A DNA stretch of 64,000 bases from Ranitomeya imitator (Eukaryota), in NCBI RefSeq assembly GCF_032444005.1, contig NC_091288.1, positions 16,120,001-16,184,000 on the forward strand, given 5' to 3'. This document shows positions 58,997-64,000 of this stretch, in pieces. Under the pieces are notes generated by a model, which did no database searches, was not told the DNA's origin, and worked only from the letters and a program-made list of their open reading frames with translations. The stretch's first letter is position 1; every line of letters starts with the position of its first letter. Made by a program: the position numbers and the translations under genes.

Positions 58997-61900
58997 TCAC
59001 AACAGTACCCCCCCTTGAGGAGGGGTCACCGAACCCTCACCAGAGCCCCCAGGCCGATCAGGATGAGCCAAATGAAAGGCACAAACCAAATCAGCGGCAT
59101 GGACATCAGAGGCAAAAACCCAAGAATTATCCTCCTGGCCATAACCCTTCCATTTGACAAGGTACTGAAGCTTCCGCCTCGAAAAACGGGAATCCAAAAT
59201 CTTCTCAACAACATATTCCAACTCCCCATCAACCAACACAGGGGCCGGAGGATCAACAGAGGGAACAACGGGCTCCACATATTTCCGCAATAAAGATCTA
59301 TGGAAGACATTATGGATAGCAAAAAAGGCCGGAAGCGCCAGTCGAAAAGACACCGGATTAATAATCTCAAAAATCCTATAAGGACCAATAAACCGAGGCT
59401 TAAACTTAGGAGAAGAAACTTTCATAGGAACATGACGGGAAGACAACCAGACCAGATCCCCAACCTGAAGCCGGGAACCAACACACCAACGATGGTTAGC
59501 AAAATGTTGAGCCTCCTCCTGAGACAACACCAAATTGTCCACCACATGAGCCCAAATCTGCTGCAACCTGTCAACCACAGAATCCACACCAGGACAGTCA
59601 GAAGGCTCAACCTGCCCAGAAGAAAAACGAGGATGAAAACCAAAATTACGAAAGAAAGGCGAAACCAAAGTAGCCGAACTAGCCCGATTATTAAGGGCAA
59701 ACTCGGCCAATGGCAAGAAAGCCACTCAATCATCCTGATCAGCAAACACAAAGCATCTCAAATAAGTCTCCAAAGTCTGATTAGTTCGCTCGGTCTGACC
59801 ATTTGTCTGAGGATGAAATGCAGAAGAAAAAGACAAATCAATGCCCAGCCTAGCACAAAAGGCCCGCCAAAAGCTAGAAACAAACTGGGAACCTCTGTAG
59901 GACACAATATTCTCCGGAATACCATGCAAACGGACCACATGCTGAAAGAACAACGGAACCAAATCCGAAGAGGAAGACAATTTAGGCAAAGGCACCAAAT
60001 GAACCATCTTAGAGAACCGGTCAAACAACCCAGATAACCGACATCCTCTGGGAAACCGGAAGATCAGAAATAAAATCCATAGAAATATGCGTCCAGGGCC
60101 TCTCAGGGACCGGCAATGGCAAAAGCAACCCACTAGCACGGGAACAACAAGGCTTGGCCCGCGCACAAGTCCCACAGGACTGCACAAAAGAAGGCACATC
60201 ACGTGACAAAGAAGGCCACCAAAAGGACCTACCAACCAAGTCTCTGGTACCAAAAATGCCAGGATGACCAGCCAACATGGAACAGTGAACCTCAGAAATC
60301 CCTCTACTAGTCCATCTGTCAGGAACAAACAATTTCCCCACAGGACAGTGGTCAGGTCTGTCAGCCTGAAATTCCAGAAGAACCCGTCGTAAATCAGGGG
60401 AAATGGCAGAAAGGACCACCCCTTCTTTCAGAATACCGACCGGTTCTAAGACCTCAGGAGAATCAGGCAAAAAACTCCTAGAGAGGGCATCAGCCTTAAT
60501 GTTCTTAGAACCCGAAAGGTACGAGACCACGAAATCAAAACGGGAAAAAAACAAGGACCATCGAGCCTGTCTAGGATTCAGCCGTTTGGCAGACTTGAGG
60601 TAAATCAAATTCTTATGATCAGTCAAGACCACAATACGGTGCTTAGCTCCCTCAAGCCAATGTCGCCACTCCTCAAACGCCCACTTCATAGCCAACAACT
60701 CCCGTTTGCCGACATCATAATTGCGTTCAGCAGGCGAAAACTTACGGGAAAAGAAGGCACACGGTTTCATTAAGGAACCAACAGGATTCCTCTGAGACAA
60801 AATGGCCCCTGCCTCAATCTCAGAAGCGTCAACCTCAACCTGAAACGGAAGAGAAACATCCGGTTGGCGCAACACCGGAGCAGAAGTAAATCGACGTTTA
60901 AGCTCCTGAAAGGCAGAGACAGCCGCAGAGGACCAATTCGCCACATCAGCGCCTTTCTTCGTCAAATCGGTCAAGGGTTTAAGCACGCTGGAAAAATTAG
61001 CAATGAAACGGCGATAAAAATTTGCAAAACCCAAAAATTTCTGAAGGCTCTTCACGGATGTGGGCTGAATCCAATCATGAATGGCATGAACCTTAAACGG
61101 ATCCATCTCTATAGACGAGGGAGAAAAAATGAAGCCCAAAAAAGAAACCTTCTGCACCCCAAAGAGACACTTAGACCCTTTCACAAACAGGGCATTGTCA
61201 CGAAGGATCTGAAATACCATCCTGATCTGTTCCACATGAGACTCCCAATCATCGGAAAAAAATCAAAATATTGTCCAAATATACAATCAAGAACTTATCA
61301 ATATAAGTCCGGAAGATATCATGCATGAAGGACTGAAAAACAGATGGGGTATTAGTGAGCCCGAATGGCATCACAAGGTATTCAAAATGGCCTTCGGGCG
61401 TGTTAAACGCAGTTTTCCATTCATCACCCTGCTTAATACGAACAAGATTATATGCCCCCCGAAGGTCAATCTTCGTAAACCAACTAGCTCCCTTAATCCT
61501 AGCAAACAAATCGGTAAGCAAAAGTAAAGGGTATTGAAACTTGACCGTGATCTTATTCAAGAGGCGATAATCAATACAGGGTTTCAAGGAGCCATCGTTT
61601 TTAGCAACAAAAAAGAACCCAGCTCCCAACAGTGAAGAAGACGGCCGAATATGCCCTTTCTCCAAAGACTCCTTAATATAGCTCCGCATGGTGGTATGTT
61701 CAGGCACAGATAGTTTGAAAAGTCGACCCTTAGGAAACTTACAGCCTGGAATCAAGTCAATAGCACAATCGCAGTCCCTGTGCGGTGGAAGGAAACTGGA
61801 CTTGGGCTCATCGAATACATCCTGAAAATCAGACAAAAACTCTGGAATTTCAGAAGAAGAGATTGAAATCAAAGGAACATCATTATGAACCCCCTGACAA

Positions 61901-62330
61901 CCCCAACTAATCACAGCCATGGACTTCCAATCCAACACAGGATTATGTACCTGCAACCACGGAAAACCCAGCACGATAGCATCATGCAAATTATGCAACA
62001 CCAGAAATCGACAATCTTCTTGATGGGCTGGCGCCATGTGCATGGTCACCTGTGTCCAAAACTGGGGCTTATTTTTAGCCAAGGGTGTAGCATCAATGCC
62101 CCTTAAAGGAATAGGGTTCTGCAAAGGCTGCAAGGGAAAACCACAACGCCTGGCAAACTCAAAGTCCATTAAGTTCAAGGTGGTGCCTGAATCCACAAAC
62201 GCCATGACAGAAAATGATGACAATGACCAGATCAAGGACACAGATAACAGAAATTTAGGTTGTACAGTACTGATGGTAAATGAACTAGCGATCCTCTTTG
62301 TCCGCTTAGGGCAGACTGAAATGACATGAG
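58997..62330 (-). pseudogene. Gypsy pol (PR-RT-RH-IN-chromodomain), frameshifted
   Basis: AFVDSGTTLN, KIDLRGAYNLVRIKQGDEWKTAF, VYLDNILIF (YLDD mutated), [26 protein letters not shown] and EYVVEKILDSR..YLVKWKGYG. Spread over four ORF fragments. Confidence 0.92.
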
Positions 62331-62395
62331 AAGCATCAACACAACCTATTCTGACATCTGAATCCTTGTCGTTCCGTTCTAGACAGAATCCTATC

Positions 62396-63067
62396 TCACT
62401 GCATTGGCTCAGGAATCTGCTCTGAGGACAACGCCACAGCGCGCACAGTTCTGCGCTCCCGCAAGCACCGGTCAATCTGAATGCCCAGAGACATAGAATC
62501 ACTCAGACCGGAAGGCGTGGGAAACCCCACCATAACATCTTTAACGGATTCAGAAAGACCCTTTCTGAAAATTGCCGCCAAAGCATCATTATTCCATTTA
62601 GTCAACACAGACCATTTTCTGAATTTCTGACAATACAATTCTGCCGCTTCTTGACCCTGAGACAGGGCCAACAAGGTCTTCTCAGCTTGATCCACAGAAT
62701 TAGGTTCATCATATAATAATCCTAAAGCCTGAAAAAGGAGTATACATTAAGCAAAGCCGGATTCCCAGATTCCAGGGAAAACGCCCAATCCTGCGGATCG
62801 CCACGCAGCAGGGAGATGACGATTTTAACCTGCTGAATGGAATCACCGGAGGATCGAGGTCTCAAAGCAAAAAAACAGTTTACAGTTGTTTTTAAAACTC
62901 AAAAATTTGGACCTGTCACCAAAAAACAAATCAGGAGTAGGAATCTTCGGTTCTAAAACAGGAGTCTGAACAATATAATCAGAAATACCCTGTACCCTAG
63001 CAGCAAGCTGGTCTACACGAGAAGCTAATTCCTGAACATCCATGCTAGCACAAGACTCCTCAGCCAC
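62396..63067 (-). pseudogene. Gypsy gag remnant
   Basis: EPKIPTPDLFFGDRSKF..FKNNCKLFF and LLALSQGQEAAELYCQKFRKW..WNNDAL; RTL1/PEG10-like gag, broken. Confidence 0.85.
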
Positions 63068-64000
63068 CCAGAGATAAAGAGGGAAAAGAAGACAAAACAG
63101 ACTGAAGAAAAAAAAAAATGGCTCAACACCTTTCTTCCCTTCTTCTGAGATGCATTTAACTCATTGTTGGCCAGTTGTACTGTTATGATCCGGTGACCTT
63201 GGAGCAGCATGAAAACTTTCACTGGAGTAGGTGGTAACTGTACCGCAAATCCTGATCTTAACATCGCAACTAGAAGTAGCCGTGGGGTGTACCTAACACA
63301 CCTAGACACCTCGTCACAGCCGGAGGACTAAATATTCCTAAAGATGGAAATAGGAATTCTACCATGCTTCAGAGCAGAACCCCACAGGATAGGCAGCCCC
63401 CCACAAATATTGGCTGTGAGTAGGAGAGGAAAGACACACACAGGCAGAAAGCAGGATTTAGCACAAGAGGCCACTCTAGCTAAAATAGGAAAGGATAGGA
63501 CAGAGTACTGTGCGGTCAGTATTAAAACCCTTCCAAAAATATCCACAGCAGATTATACAAAAATTCCTCCATCTAACTAAAGACGTGGAACGTATATCTG
63601 CTACTCCAGAGAATCCTACACTCAGAGCACGAATACAATAAAAAAACAAGCACACAGCATGTGTGCCATAGAAAAAGAAACAGACACTTATCTTTGCTGA
63701 ATTGGCAGCTAAGCAGGAGAAGCCAGGCAGAGGTCCAACACCTCCCAAGAAACATTGACAACTGGCAAGGACTAATGAGTCCTGCAAACCTAAATACCCC
63801 AGTCAGAATTGCAATCAGTAGATACACCTGTCCAGGACTGCAGCCCAGGGACAATTGCATTACCACCTACAATCACCGGAGGGAGCCCAAAAGCAGAATT
63901 CACAACAGCCTCCTGTCTCAGAAGTATTTTATGGAGATCACCGCCCTGCGGTGGTAAGGCTACTTTTTCGATGCCCGCAAAAGTTAAAACCTCCGGGTTA

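Larger units (their letters stand above)
58273..63907 (-). mobile_element. Ty3/gypsy chromovirus (Sushi-like) LTR retrotransposon, full length, degenerate
   Basis: LTRs at 58273-59004 and 63181-63907 (TGTT...AACA), and a polypurine tract at 59005-59020. Gag, protease (FVDSG), RT, RNase H, integrase and chromodomain lie in order on the minus strand. Confidence 0.96.

Noticed and set aside
59015-61537. Plus-strand ORFs within the gypsy element (e.g. 59300-60037, 245 aa)
   Set aside because: Antisense shadows of pol.

Overview
Vertebrate genomic DNA, most likely a frog (inferred from the repeat landscape). It is intron- and transposon-rich, not prokaryotic. The window opens with the last two coding exons of ZFAND2B (+ strand). 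The remaining ~58 kb holds a tandem array of a gene I cannot name, embedded in transposons. The 210-220 aa ORFs at 18.1, 33.3 and 54.0 kb encode an M35/aspzincin-like zinc metallopeptidase domain. Each apparent stop is part of a splice donor (AG|GTAGGT) that joins in frame to a downstream exon at 19.5, 40.0 or 55.4 kb. That exon encodes an acidic linker plus, in copies 2 and 3, a cationic RNLLKTQ/RNLLRQ repeat coil of variable length. Two copies have open spliced frames (~493 and ~466 aa), one is truncated by a MITE that supplies a new C-terminus, and a fourth is an orphan, decayed tail exon. The zinc motif reads HExxHxxGxxH/D instead of the family's HExxH+GTxD. Mobile elements include a full-length degenerate DIRS1, a Ty3/gypsy chromovirus, Tc1, hAT, piggyBac-type, Harbinger-like and T2 MITEs, Penelope-like fragments, solo LTRs and a probable Helitron. 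A ~1.7-kb palindrome, hammerhead-like motifs and a TE-borne TTAGGG array are also present. All calls are by eye; no searches or alignments were run.
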